Part shown: positions 22,010 to 35,649 of the stretch, piece by piece
Numbering within the stretch: the stretch's first letter is position 1
Layout of the letters: every line of letters starts with the position of its first letter
Origin: Jimgerdemannia flammicorona
Taxonomy: Eukaryota
Assembly: GCA_003990765.1 (NCBI GenBank)
Contig: RBNJ01000173.1
Coordinates: forward strand, 1 to 37,947
Length of the DNA stretch: 37,947 nt
Direction: 5' to 3'
Translations under genes and position numbers: made by a program
Notes under the pieces: model-generated
What the model was told of the DNA's origin: nothing
The model's database searches: none
Seen by the model: only the letters and a program-made list of their open reading frames with translations

Positions 22010-25000
22010 CTAGTGAAGGAAGAAGACCCAGCAGGGGCCAGGAGAACATACTCAGAACCATGGTCAAAGTAGACAGAAGATATATGGAAAGACATATATA
22101 AGAGAGATGAACAAAGAATATAACTGAATATATATCAGCCATTTATTGCTATACAAAGTGAGTCCTTATATACAAAATATGACATCCTAAAAGAGAAGAT
22201 ACACTACAACATAGAAGTAATCAAATTAGAAACCATATGACTACCAGAGATAAGTAGAGACAAAGAGAGAGCCAATCTTAGTTGCAGGATAAAAATTACA
22301 AATAAATATAAATAAAACAAATTTAAATTGAGATTAAAAAACATCCTTATCTTCTCTAGAGTCTTGTACTCTCTCTGGGGTCTCAGCCTTTACTCTGCTC
22401 CCCTATACTACCTTTGGCCCCTCACTTTGCTTAGGCTTGCTATAGTTCACTCCATTTCAGTCTCACCTCTCTCTCTCTGGGGTCTGTAGATATTTTTAAT
22501 CTCAATTTAGATTTGTTTTATTTGTGTTTGTTTGTAATTTTTATTCTACAACTAGAATTGACTCTTTCTTTATCTTCACTTATCTCTAATAGTCATATGA
22601 TTCCTAATTTGATTACTCCATATTTTGGTATATCTTCTCTTTTGAGATATCATATTTTATATATAAGAACTGTACTTTTGTATAGTAATAAATAGCTGAT
22701 ACATTTTTAGTTATATTCTTTATTTATCCCCCTTATACATGTCTTTTCACATATCTTTTGTCTGCTTTGACTATGGCTCTGAGTTTGTTCCCCTTACTCC
22801 TGCTGGGCCTTCTTTCTCCACTGCTATTCTATCTGCCCTTGGGGCCTCCATCTCTGTTGACAAAGTCATGGATGAGATTCCTCCTCTTCCTCCTTCCCCC
22901 ACTTTCATCCCCACCACTATCTTGTTTAAGACTTATATCTCATCTATCATTCTCTTTCTCCCACTGGATCTTTGTTCTTCTGGTCATCTGCTCTTCTCCC
23001 AGTTCTAGTCAATCCTTGTCCTCTCCACCAAGAAGACTTATCTCTACTGAAATATCAATACTGTCACTCTGTCTGCTATCTACTTTTCTATCCTCCCTGA
23101 GGTCCACTACTAAGTTCTCTCTGAGGAAATTTATATTGCCTCTATAACCACTGAGACTGCTACTGCTGATGCTACTACTGCAGCCACTATCACTATCTCT
23201 ATCTCTTTCCAATGTACTTATGCCTTCTTCATGGCTCTTGTCTTCTCTTATCTTCTGGATACTGCTCCTTTCTATGGCTTTGTTATTCAAGACATTTTCT
23301 TTACTATTACTGACATTGATACTGTCTATTATTTCCTCCTTACCAGTATCTCTTTTATTACTTATCTTTACAAGCAGGAAATATCACATACTACTACTGC
23401 TGCTTACACCACCACCACTGCCCCCTCTTCTGTCTCCCCTGAGGTCTTAGTCTCTGAGGCTATTTATGCTAAGGCTTATATTATCACTTATACCAAGATT
23501 TACTCCTTTACTATCACTGCTGCCAAGACTCCTACAAAGACCCCCACTAAGCTGAACAAGGCTTGATCAGTCTCTTCTCAGTCACTCTCCTCTGCCAAGG
23601 CTTTTGCCTCAACCCAAGTATGACCATACTCTTGGTTCTTGCCCTACTGGAGCATAGTCATATACTGTCTACTTCAGTCATCTCTACTATACCTACTGAT
23701 ATCTGGCTAAGTCCATCTGCCCCCATGGTGGTATTCTCATCCTACAGCTCTATCTGCTACTTACTCTCCCTTTGTCTCCTCTGCCAGTTCCCCCTTCTCC
23801 TCCTCCACCTATATCTCTGAATATAAGAACTGTATGAAGGCCTGTGGCTATAAGGTCTAGCACTCTGATAGGGTCTACTCAAGGTCATCTGCCTTACCTC
23901 TGTTAAAAAAAAGTCTAAGAGAAGGGGAAGGCCTCTCACTCTTAAACTTCTCTTCAGTATAGTTCTCTCTCAGTATCTCTATCCTATCTCAGATTCTATC
24001 ATTACTTCTGATATATCCTGAGTAGTTTCTCATGCTGTCTCCCCTTCATCTTTCCTAGTTGCTTGTTTCAAATTTTCAGATTTATTCTTCTTCTGAAGCT
24101 CTACTGTCTTCTTTTTTTTCTTTGGCTAACTGCTCTCTTTCTCCCTTTCAAGTCTTTACCCTTTCCTTGAATCCTTACTTTGTTTTTCCTATGACTCCCT
24201 CTCAGTTCTCTTTTACTGATCTAGTTCATCTCACATATTTTTGTTGTGCTCTTGACCTTGCCATTTTCTTTGAAGATTGTGGTGAGATGCTCTCTTATTA
24301 TTTTGTTCCAAGTGATTGGGCTCTCTCTTCCAATATCTCTTCACACTATGTATTCCTTGATATGGCCTGCTCACTGTCTATTCCTAGATGTGTTTGCTCT
24401 TACTTGGTTTTGAACTATATCATATATACAATACTTAAATTAGTCAAGCAATTATCTTTATACTTGCTTACAATCACTGATAAGAATCAGAGTTTTGCAC
24501 TTATTTCTAAGTCACTCTATCTTGATGGCCTTTCTGCCCTCCTTTAAGCTGCAGCCTTCAAGCCTAGTATCCTTAGATTGGATGAGATTCTCACTCTTCT
24601 TTAGAGTTCTCTAGTTTATGCTAGATTGCTTTTAAATTCTCTATTTTCAAACCTCATTTTCAACTTCTTCCAGAACTCCTTATCCTTACCAGACATTCAT
24701 CTTTCAGTTTTCTATGCTCTTCCTAAGGTTCACATTATAGCTGCCTTTAGTTTACCTATCACTGAGATCTCAAAGTAATTATCCTATTTCTTTTTCTTCT
24801 AGATGACTCTTCTTTAGCACCATCTCAGGCCTGAGTATACTATTCTTCATAATACTCAGGAGCTCACTCTTCTTTGTTCTACTATTATAACTATTCACCA
24901 TTTTTTCTATTTGATCTCTAGTGATTTCTTCTCTTTCTATACTGCTATTCATTTGATGAGATTAATAATTGTCTTTACTTCTTGAGCTCTATTGTTTTTT

Positions 25001-26432
25001 CTTTAAATTTCCCAGTTTTGTTAGCTTCTATTATTGAGCTTATACTTCTCATCTATGGCTCCAATTATTTCCAGTTGGCCCTTGGCTCCTTTTACCAGAT
25101 TTTGGAGATTGTTATGGGAATAAATTATATTTCCACCCTTGCCAACCTTATTAGTCTGGCCCATGAGCTTTGTATGATATATAATCTTTTTTCACCTCTT
25201 TCTATTATGCTCTAGACTGGGGATATCTTTTTTTGCTAATATATCAATGACTTTATTATTCTTGCTGTTGCTGGTATTGATATTCCTAGTGTGTTTTGTA
25301 GTATTTATCCTCTCTATCATTCTATTACATAGGTGTGTAGTATGATCAGTATTCCCTTCTTGGACCTTTCTATTTCTTTTTCTTCTTTCTGAACTATTGT
25401 TTATTCTCATTTCCCTCATTCCCAACAGTTTTCTGACTTCTGTTCCAATCATCCTTATTATACTCTTCTTAAATATGCTCATGATGAGATTTATCATCTT
25501 GTACTCTACTGCTTCTATCATTCTAACTAGGTGTCTGCTGTTTGGGTTCTTCATAACTTCTTAGTCCATTACTGTGCTTACCCTATTTCTATTGTTCATA
25601 ATCTGCTTACTTCTGTCAAATAGTCTGTTGTTTACTCCTCTCTTCTCTCTCCTTTTTACCCCCTCCTCTCTTCTCTCTCTCCCCTCTTACCTACTCCATA
25701 CCCCCTCTTCTTTCTCACTCCTGATTCTTGTCATACCATTTAATTATACTCACTGGATCACACAATGCCCTAATACTGTCCTATGGTCTTCTCTTTCATA
25801 CTATGAACTTTTATCTCTTTCTTGGTACCCTCTGATTATCAGATTGTATCTTCCTTCTGTTTCTTCTTTAATCTATCACTCTCACTTTGTGTTTTCATCA
25901 CTTTCTAGTACCTCTAGTTCTCCTGAAGAGGATTAAAAAACATCCTCACTCCCTCTGGGGTCTTGTACTCACTCCAGGGTCTCAGCCTTCACTCCACTCC
26001 CCTCTACTACCTTCAGCCCCTCACTTCACTTGGACTTGCTATGGCTCACTTCATTTCAGCCTCACCCCTCACTCATGCTCACTTCTCTAGAGTCTGTAGA
26101 TGTTTTTTAATCTTAATTTGGATTTGTTTTATTTGGATTTGTTTGTGATTTTTATCCTATAACTAGAATTGGCTCTCTCTTTATCTCTACTTATCTCTAG
26201 TAGTCATGTAATTTCTAATTTAGTTACCCCCATATTGTAGCATATTTTTCCTTTTGAGATGTTATATTTTATATATAAAGATCATACTTTTGCATAGTAA
26301 TAAATGACTAATGCATTTTTGGTTATATTCTTTATTCATCTCTCTTATATATATCTTTCTATATGTCTTCTATCTGCTTTAACTGTGGCTCTGAGTTTAT
26401 TCTTCTGACTTCTGCTGGGTCTTCTTCATCCA
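22010..26432 (+). mobile_element. Penelope-like retroelement 1 (no recognisable endonuclease), architecture A'-B-A-ORF1-RT-B-A
   Basis: Inverted pair 22010-22345 / 22488-22820. Direct pair 22332-22820 / 25931-26432. PLE-type RT motifs lie inside. Confidence 0.85.
24059..25900 (+). pseudogene. Penelope-type reverse transcriptase relic
   Basis: TITDKN; FYALPKVH (~24709-24733); DFFSFYT; IVMGINYISTLANL; FC*YIND (decayed FxRYIDD, ~25231); PFLDL; SNHP thumb motif. Confidence 0.88.
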
Positions 26433-27178
26433 CTACTTCTCCATCTTTTCATAGTTTCTGATACCTTTGGCTGTATCTAGAGTATACTCATTTTGATATA
26501 GTGTCTTTTTCCTTTTGCCATCATTAATAAGATATTATCTGATATATTATGAGCTATATATGGAGTCAGTCAACCTTGGGCATCAAGTGCCAGTATAGGT
26601 TACCTGCAGGTCTCCAGTATCTATAGTGGAGTTCTCTGAGCTTCGACAAGCTTCCCAGCAAATATAGTTCTATATAGGTGACTGTTTTTTAGATAGAGTT
26701 GGGATGAGAGAGGAGATAGCTATCACAGATAGGTAGAAGGGTAATAATGGTAGACCAGTAGAGTGCCAGGCTGGGGGTAGTCATTGGGGCTGGAGCAGGT
26801 ATTATATCAGTGGAACCTTCTGATTGGTACAGAGCAGTTAGATAGTAGATATCACTCTTAGCTTCTTTTGATAATTTATGGGGTTGGGCTCTGGTCATTG
26901 AGGGGAATTGGGGGGCCTGAGACTACTTATATCAGGTATCTTGACTATATTTAACTAGATCTGAGAGCTAATATAGCAATATAATTAAGACCTGCAGGCT
27001 TAAATAGTAAGATATTGGAGATCTTCTTCTATCTCACATATAAGTCTTTTACTCATCTCATCTGGGAGAACTAGGCCCTACCTACTATGTTGTACTTTAA
27101 TAGAGGTTTTTCTTTACCTATCATTCTTCTTAAAGTAACAGAGACTATTCTATTTAGCTCAGATGTGGTCTTATATAT

Positions 27179-28622
27179 TGTAATATACCAGCTCAATGGA
27201 GGCAAATTATAAGGTTGGGAGTTGGTGTAGTTTGGCTTGAGCCCCCAGTTACTTTGTCAAAAGCAACAAAATGTTCTTGGTATTTAGTGGTATAATAGTC
27301 AAGATCTGGATACTGTGTGAGCAATTTCCTTATTGGGACGGTTCTCTGGGTGTAGTGGCGGCTTGTGTGTCTTTCCCTTCTTGGGTCAACTGGGAATAGC
27401 ACAATTTCTGTGTAATGCAACGATCTCCTTGTGTGTGATGGTCTGGCAATTTAGCGGTTCTCCTTCTTGGGTGGCGGGCGATCTTCGTGTAGTGCAGCGA
27501 TCTTTGTGTAGTGCGACGATCTCCAAAAGTATGTGATTTCTGGCAGATGACTCGATTTGGCTCACTGGGAACAATGAAGAACTTGGATGTCATGGATTCT
27601 TCCTGATTCGACTTCAACTGGGAATACTACTCGGATGGCGTGGGTTTTCTGGGAATGTGGATAACTCGAAAACGGTGGATGGCACAGATTCTCCTGAATT
27701 GGCGGGCTTCTGGGAAATAACTCGGATGGCACGGATTCTCCTGAATCAGCGGGCTTCTGGGAAATAACTTGGATGGCTCCTCTGGGAATACGATGGTGCG
27801 GATTCTTCCTGAATCGGCGGCTCTAACTGGGAATATGGTGGATAAAACTGGTGGCATTCTTTGGGAAAGGGTCTCTTGGCAAAGTTACATCAAAGACTAG
27901 CTTCGTTTGCACGACGAATCACTGCGAAGTTGCGTCAGAAACTGGCTGAAGCAAGGTGGCTTTCTCTTAGGTGACGGAAAAGGCGGAATCTTCAGGCTTA
28001 TCTGGCAAGCAAACCAAAAACGTAGCGTGGCTTATTCCTTAAGCAGCGGGTTTCTCTTCGAAAGGCAGCGAAGTTCTCCTTGAACTTAGGCAGCAAATCT
28101 TCAAGCTTTGTATCGGAAAGTGGACTGGAGTGGAAAGGGGACCAATGCTCAATCTTTAGAGGCTTCTTTGGTGTTTGTATTTCGGACTCATTCTTTGTAT
28201 CGGAAAGTGGACCGGAGTGGAGAAATAAGCTCACAATCTCCTAACAGTGGCTGTAGAGTTCCTCTCGAAGTATGGTAGGCAGACTTGTCTTTTGCTTCAA
28301 TTTCGGACTGAGGTTTTATTCACTCTCGCCACTGGGGTAATTTATACAAGTTGGTTGCTATCTGGTTACTATATGGCTAACTATAGATCTGCTGCTTATA
28401 GCAGGTGTACAGAGTCTGTACAGTGTACAGGACCTGTACAGTGTACAGAGTCTGTATGGTATACAGAGTCTGTATAGGTAAACAGACCCTTTCTGATATG
28501 TCTGGCTATTTATACAGTTTCCGCAGCAAATGGTTGCTGGTTACTAAGCTGAGTGTTCACGCCATCTTGTTCATGTCATCTGGTAAAGATATGATTCGGG
28601 TAGTACGTCTTGGTTTGTCACA
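27179..28622 (-). mobile_element. Probable solo LTR (~1.44 kb), or an LTR plus leader, with a CpG-rich core and internal tandem repeats
   Basis: TGT...ACA ends with a flanking 4-bp ATAT on both sides. TATAAA (~28340-28345) and AATAAA (~28316-28321) on the - strand. 47-bp duplication at 27681-27777 and 18-bp repeats at 28404-28475. The left boundary is uncertain. Confidence 0.5.
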
Positions 28623-28849
28623 ATATATATTGGGGTTTCAGATATATATCTTCAGTAGGAAGAGCATGGTGTACAAAATGAGATACAGCTCTACTATGTC
28701 TAGTATGGTCAAGCTGTTGAATAATAGTTAGCCTAGATTAATAAGGGCACAGTGCTCAGAGAGTGATAGGGGAGAGTTTCAGCTATATAGTCTAGATTTC
28801 TTTCCAATAAAATCTGTGGGACTTTGGATCTATTAAAAAAAAAATAAAA

Positions 28850-31800
28850 AAAAAACAATAAGAGTGCTATAAACTAAACTCTATAGTAAATATATATATA
28901 TATATATTTTCTCTTCTATTTATTGATCATTATACTATTAATATGATATAAAATCTACTATAGCTCAGTGTACTTTACTATCATATTTATATTTCAAGAT
29001 GAGAATCTATAGTATTCTTTATATAATACTGTCTTGATATTATCTCTCTGTTTAAGAATTCTGAAGAATAAATTATAGAACTACTCAGTAATTTTACTTA
29101 TCTTATTCTGCAGTCTCTCTACTTTCCACTCTACCTTAGTAAGATATGGTATAGATAACTCTACTAGCTCACAATGCTCATATACTATTCTATTTTTCTC
29201 AAATATATTCTAAAATCCCTATTATATATTATCTATAAGAAGCTTAATTTTGCCATAAATGTATTTATAAAATATATGATGATAGAGAATAAGATAGAAA
29301 ATGAAGAATCTGTAATAGTATTCTAGGATAGTTAATCTAAGAGATGTTTTTTTTTTTTTCCTTTTACTATCTACTCTATAATAATAATATTTCTTTTATA
29401 ATAAGTTATTGCATAGGATAAGGAAATTTATAAATTTGATGAAGAATTTCATTATTTAGATATATCACTGAGATCTTTCAGATCTAAAAGAGATATTTTA
29501 CTTATATACTATCATGATGTTTCTTATTATCAAGTATAGCTATCTTTATACTTACACTAATTAGTCTATGTGAAATAGAAGTTGTTGTCTTTAATTTGCT
29601 ATAATAAAACTTTACTGAATTGGTATTAGTGATCTGAAGAAAGAGAGGTAAATATTGACAAAACCAGAGAGCCTATTTTTTAGTATTCTTAAAGTAGTTC
29701 TTTTTGATATATTCTGCTATAGTAGAAACTGAGTAAGAGATAATAACTTTATTAATAAGATCTTTACATTCTGATCATATTTTCTTATATATTGTTTAAA
29801 TCATTTTGCTGCAGACCTCAGAAATATAGATCTTGCTCATCTATATATTATTACATAGTGGTTGCTGTGTCCTTTAAATATGCTAGATTCTCTTCAAGGT
29901 ATATCTCTTAGACTAACTCAAGTTTGTTATAAGCAAGTTCTTATTAGAGTACCTTCTCAAGGTCTTATAGTCCTCAAACTTCTTATCTTTAAACTATCTT
30001 ATTATCTCTTAGATTGTTTGCAAGGAAGTGTATATATTGTACTGAGTAGAACTAAATGGACTGACTTTATTTCAGAGGAAATAAGAGAAGTATTTATACA
30101 AAATATAATTCAATGATTGCTAAGATATAAAGTTAAATATAAATTCCAATAACTAAAATAAAATACCAGAACAGAAAAAACTGCTAAGTTTCAGAGTTAG
30201 TACTAATGGTTATATAGGTATAGGATGCTGAAATAATTTAGTATTATATTAGAATGCTGGTACTGACATAACTCAGTGTTATATCAGAACTTTAGAGCAG
30301 AATGTTCAGGACCATGGGGGCCATCACTGAAGGAGATGAGATCTATAAATTCATTGTTATTACACATTTCACATGCTTCAATGTCATATGGGATGATGTC
30401 ATCACTGATGACATCATCATATTCAGCAGTGGTGGGAAGGAGGTCTGGGGCTCTCCAGTCTATGGGGTTCTCTTCCACAAAATAGGGGACAAATATGAGA
30501 TCTTGGGGGGGTCTAACCTGGATGCTTGGGTCTTGAAATACTGAGATCAATCCTTGCAGGAATTGGTCTGAGTTGTCCTGAAGGATAGGATGCCAGAAGT
30601 CTTCTACTTTATCACTATTGAGAGTGATAGTAGACTGGGCTTCTGTAGCCACTCTGACTTCTAGTACATTGATATGGTGGGATGATAGGTCTCTGAAATC
30701 TGAGACTCTAACATACTCTAAGTTGGGGATCAACTATGGTATATGTCTGAAGATCTGATGGATCTTCTTAGCTATTCTTATTTTATATATATCCATAGGA
30801 GTAGCATCTTGTAGCTCTTGAGTGCTGGTCTGTGGGAACTCCTGGCAGAGGAGGTTTTCTATTTTGTATTCCTGCTACATTTGGAGGCATTCAGTAGCAA
30901 TGGTGATCCTTGTTTCCATTTTACAGCAGTAGAGGATATAGTGATAAGAATCACCAGTATCCAGGTTGACACTAGGAGTCCTTCTTGAGTAGGTCTTCAT
31001 GGCTCTTCTGATATCTTAGAACATCCTTTCTTCAACTGAGATGCCTTGGTGGTTCCTTGACCTTGAGGTTTGGCAAGCAGTAGACATTTTGTTTGTGATA
31101 AGTCTTTGAGCTATTTTGGGATTGGTGGGTCTTATTGGTTGCTGCTATTGTGATTCCTTGATCCTTCTTTTATATTCCTCAAGATATCTAAACTATGGTC
31201 ACAATGACTCACAGTTAGTCATCATCACTCATCTCATATGTCATATGATCTTCTTGTGCTCTGATCTGGTGACTTGTAAGGAAAGGCTGTCTCTTGTGCT
31301 GATGTCATCATTCTGGGGTCACCATTATAATAGGTAGGTGCTGATATGTCTCTCTATAGCTTGGATAGGGGTGGGAGCTAGTTCTTGCTATAGAATTGGG
31401 ATCTGGTCAGTACTAGACCTGGTGGTCCTCAGCAATTTGTTTCAGACTCCAGCTGATGTCAGTTACAGGAACTGCAGAAGAGAAACTTCCATCTTGGCTT
31501 CTTGAATCTTTTGCCAGACTTTATTGTAGATATCTCTAGGTATAGTCTTCAAGGTATACTTCTTCTTGGACTTTGGGGTAGCAGGTTTCTGTTCTTCTTG
31601 CTCCATTTCTTTATCTTCTGGGAGTAGCTCACTTGTTTCAGAAACAAAAGGTGAGAGAGACTGAAGAGGTGTTTCTATTTGCTCCTCTTTATGTTTTTCA
31701 TCTTTCTCTTGAATTCTTCTACTGATATTCCTGGATGGTCTTCCTATAGGTCTCTTCCTTTTCTCTGCTAGGTAGACTGTCTTTTTTATAATAACTTTGA

Positions 31801-32845
31801 CTAGATATAAGTCCAGGTTACTGTAGTCTTTACTATTGCTTTCCTCTTCAAAGTCTTTGATAGGATGGGCTTCAGTCTTCTTATACTAGGTTTCATTCCT
31901 TCAGTTTAGTAGTTCTGAGTTCCTTTGGTCACTTCTTTTATTGTCACATTTAGTGGCATAGTGTCTGAACTGTCTACAGTAGAAGAATTAGACTTGAGCT
32001 CTGTTCTGGAGAGAGTATCTTCTTTTTTCTTACTGATAGTTTCTGTTATCTCTGGGTAGATAACCTTGGTTCCTTTGTGGTGCATACCCTCTATTGTCTT
32101 GTGGATAGCTCTGATTTTCATATATGGTGAGTTTTTCAATCTATCCTACCAATTAGTCTAACTTGGAACTAAGGTCTTGAATTTCACTCTTATCTTTCTT
32201 TCTTTCTTTAGCTGGCCTTCTTTCTTCAGATCTTTCCTATCTCTGGAGGAGTTTTTATAGAGCTTTGACCAAGATGTCTTCTTTATTATCCTTCTTATCA
32301 TAGTCACTCTAGGTGGTTTCTTATCTAATATTGAAAAATTCTTTAGCTATATCTACTTATTCCTCAGACCTTCTAATACTTAAGATATGAATATACTGGG
32401 CAATGTTTGGTGGAATTCCATTCATAAAGGTCATTAGACCTATGATGTCTTGGTTGGTGACATTGAACCCAGCTATATACATTCTCTTCTAGATTTTTAT
32501 AAAGAATGTTCTAGGTAATTCTCTGATATTCATCTTCATTCCCATAATAGATTCTCAAGCCTTGTGATAGATCTCATTTCCTGTATACTTTTCAATGAGC
32601 CAGTGGGTCATGGCTTCATATTTTACTTGCCAAGTTGGTACTATATTGATAATGAGACATATGGTCACAGAGTACACACTTTATCCTAAGAGAACTACTT
32701 TTTAGAGAAGAAGATTCTGATGGAACCTCAGCTATAAATCTAGACCTAACTTGGTGATAAATTGACTCAGAAATCTAGAGACTATACAAAATCAGGAAGA
32801 AGGCAGAAGATTACATCATCAAGTCATAAGTACTAATAAGGAAAA
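28850..32845 (-). mobile_element. Ty3/Gypsy gag-pol relic
   Basis: Gag-like TFFIKI*KRMYIAG...TFMNGIPPNI (32400-32540); linker YNKVWQKIQEAKMEVSLLQFL (~31465-31530); RNase H-like YFYKYIYGKIKLLIDN (~29230-29276). Heavily mutated, and possibly more than one element. Confidence 0.65.
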
Positions 32846-32848
32846 ATG

Positions 32849-32885
<37 letters not shown>

Positions 32886-33599
32886 TATTATAAAATGAGT
32901 AGAGAATAGAGGAATAGTTTAGAGTGAGATGTGATACTGTTACAGCAGATATAAAGATCAGCAGTAAAGAGTCAAGTAGTAGAAAATGATAAACTTATGT
33001 GAATTTTCATAATGGAATAAGGAAGCGGAATAAAGTTTTTTCCAAAGCAAGATACAATAGATCTGCAAACTACCCTTGGCACTACAATACATGGTGGTCT
33101 TTATTCAAAATTGAGAACAAAGTTTGGGTAAACAAAGATATAGATCTAACTTCAGAATTCTGGAATTAGATTGGTGTATAAGTACCCAGACCTTGTCCCA
33201 ATCCAAACAATGGTCCAAATTGGGCTTCATCAATCTATACACATGATGGGCCATTAAAAACCTGATATAGTAACAATCGGGAAAAGGTACCAGTCACATG
33301 ATCTAATATTATACAATCAGTAAACAATGCTAAAAACAGAACTAGACTAATGACATATGTATCACATGTCATCACATGATTATCACTTATAGATTAAAAA
33401 TCTAAAAATCATTGGCACCTGAAGGTATAGGCATCAGGCCTAGAGCCTCATGACCAGAGCAGAGTAGAGTCTTGGCACTGGAGCAAGTGAAGTAAGTGGA
33501 GGTAGACAGGTGTCATGGAGTATAGGTATGTAGGTGTCAGACCTAAAACCTTATGCCAGAGGTTGTCCAGCGATTTTTCATGTTTTTAAACATCGCATA

Positions 33600-35586
33600 G
33601 CATATATAGGTAGTGCGGCCTTCAAGGAGGACTTAGAGCGAAGCTGGTATTTGAGATAGTATTAAGAATGGTAAAACCATTCTTCTAGGTGATGATTGGT
33701 CATTGGGCAGTCACAGGGAAACAAAAATGAAACAAAGCAGTATATAGAATTTTGTTGGACTGTTGATATAGCCATCAGGCCATGTTGTATTAGACAATAA
33801 GCAATAGGGGAGGAAAAGCAGAGTGGGGAATAGAGGGGTGAGAAATAAGGAGAGAGGTGAGAAGTGAAGTTCAGACCTCAAGCCAATCAACCGAACTCAA
33901 TTGAGCAGTTACAACATCAACAGGGTATCCTTTCCTGTGAACCAGAAATTCAGCCAAAGACTGACACTCATCAAGCCAATCATGGTGAGATGAGCATAGT
34001 AGTGAAAGGCAGCAAGCCTCATTCACAATGTATAGACAAAGTGTCTTCCTAGGATGATTGCTCAACTAGTTGACAAACTGAGTAGTATGCAGAAATTTGG
34101 CAAAGCAGCCCATGTAGAATGGTGCAACATGGATTTCCAGATCCAAGTAATGGTATAGTCCAGTGGACAAGATTTTTCATTCGATATGATGGTGTAGAGG
34201 GTACATGGTACCAAAAATCAAGGCCAAGTCCATAATTACAAGTGTAAAGACAATAAGATCATCAATATACTGGTGGAACTTTAGCCCAGCAGCAATGACT
34301 CAGCTAAGCAGATGATTGGGTGCTTGCAAGGTATGCAACTCATGAGCAAAGCCAACAAGATTGACAAGATCCAGAGTACAATTAGTGCCCATAGCAATAC
34401 CAGTCATAGAGTGGAAGAAACCAATAGCAGATGTGAATGTCATATGAGTCATGACTATGCAGACAAGGCCAAGAATGGCTTCAAGCAGCAAAGAGCCAGG
34501 GAGAAAGGCCACCATCAATAAAAAAGTGAGGCAGTTGATGTACTCATCTAGTGTAATCCTAGTATAGAAGGCAGCAAAATCCCCAGTAGCAACATAGTTG
34601 CAATCTGACACATCTAGGTAATCTGATCAAACCAATTGTAGCAGTTCTAACATATCATGTAGAGGTGAATAATGTGAGTAACCCACATTATGGTACAGAT
34701 GGACCAACTACAAGCAGAGAAAGTGAGATAGAAAATGCAAAATCTTGGTCATAGAAGAGTTAAAAGTATCAATGATAGGGTGCCATGCTACATATGCCTC
34801 TTTGTATATCTTGGGCAAAGCATGAAACATGGGAAGCTTGCAATCATTAGACTCCATGAGATGTTCCCAAATCAGTATACAACTTCAGTCACTAATACAA
34901 AACTCAAGTAGACCAAGCAGGTCTAGCCTCACTGATTTCTTAACATTATCAATCATAGAGAAATCATTCACATATACAGAATCATGAAGGAGGGACTGAA
35001 GACTGTCTAGATATAGAGTATATGGAATTATGGTGAACTCTAGATTTTTGTCAGTAAGACAGACTGTAAAGTCAGCATGAGTGTAGACACCTTTGAGAAG
35101 GTGATGAAACTTCTTTGGTACAAGTGTGCCAGATACATTCATCATGAGTCAGATGGCTTAATTCAAAATAGCACTCATATAGAGTATAATTTGCATATTT
35201 TCCATACAATGTGGTGGTTGCTATTTAGATGGCACTCAGGCAGAGATCTCCAGAACATCATTGAGATTACCCATAGAGGTCCAGAAGGTAGTAAGGTCAA
35301 GATGCCATTGGAATGATGACAATGAAATCAGATCAATGGTACTATTCATTAATGCCAACCTGGGGAGAACAAACTTAGGGCCAAAGTTCAGCATATATAT
35401 GAGCTCAGGGGTAAGCCAAGGTGGAGGTATATTAGTAACAAAGCCCTCCTCAGTAAATATCTGAAACCAAGGGACAAAAAACTGACTTAAGCGAGAACTG
35501 GAAAGAGAAGACACAAAGGCAAAATCCTCAATTGGTGTCGAGGCTGCTACTCTATGTAGAATGGGGACATCAGGGCCAAACCACAT
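33600..35586 (-). pseudogene. Penelope-type reverse transcriptase relic
   Basis: LNFGPKFVLP; CLTDKNL; PMFHALPKIYK...WHPII (~34770-34835); ATGDFAAFYT; GIAMGT; FHQYIDDL (~34255-34280); YLDLEI; SNHP...LCSS...RKGYP. Confidence 0.92.
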
Positions 35587-35649
35587 TGCTGGGAAGTCAT
35601 ATGAGACTTCTGGGCCAGAGATCTCTAGTTTTTTGAAGCTAGAGGACAG

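Noticed and set aside
22513..26148. Leu/Ser/Phe-rich membrane-protein-like ORFs
   Set aside because: These are by-products of a pyrimidine-rich, C>T-mutated retroelement strand.
22010..26432. DIRS/Ngaro tyrosine-recombinase retrotransposon, suggested by the split inverted and direct repeats
   Set aside because: The RT motifs (LPKVH, DK, MG, SNHP) are Penelope-type, and no RNase H or tyrosine recombinase is seen.
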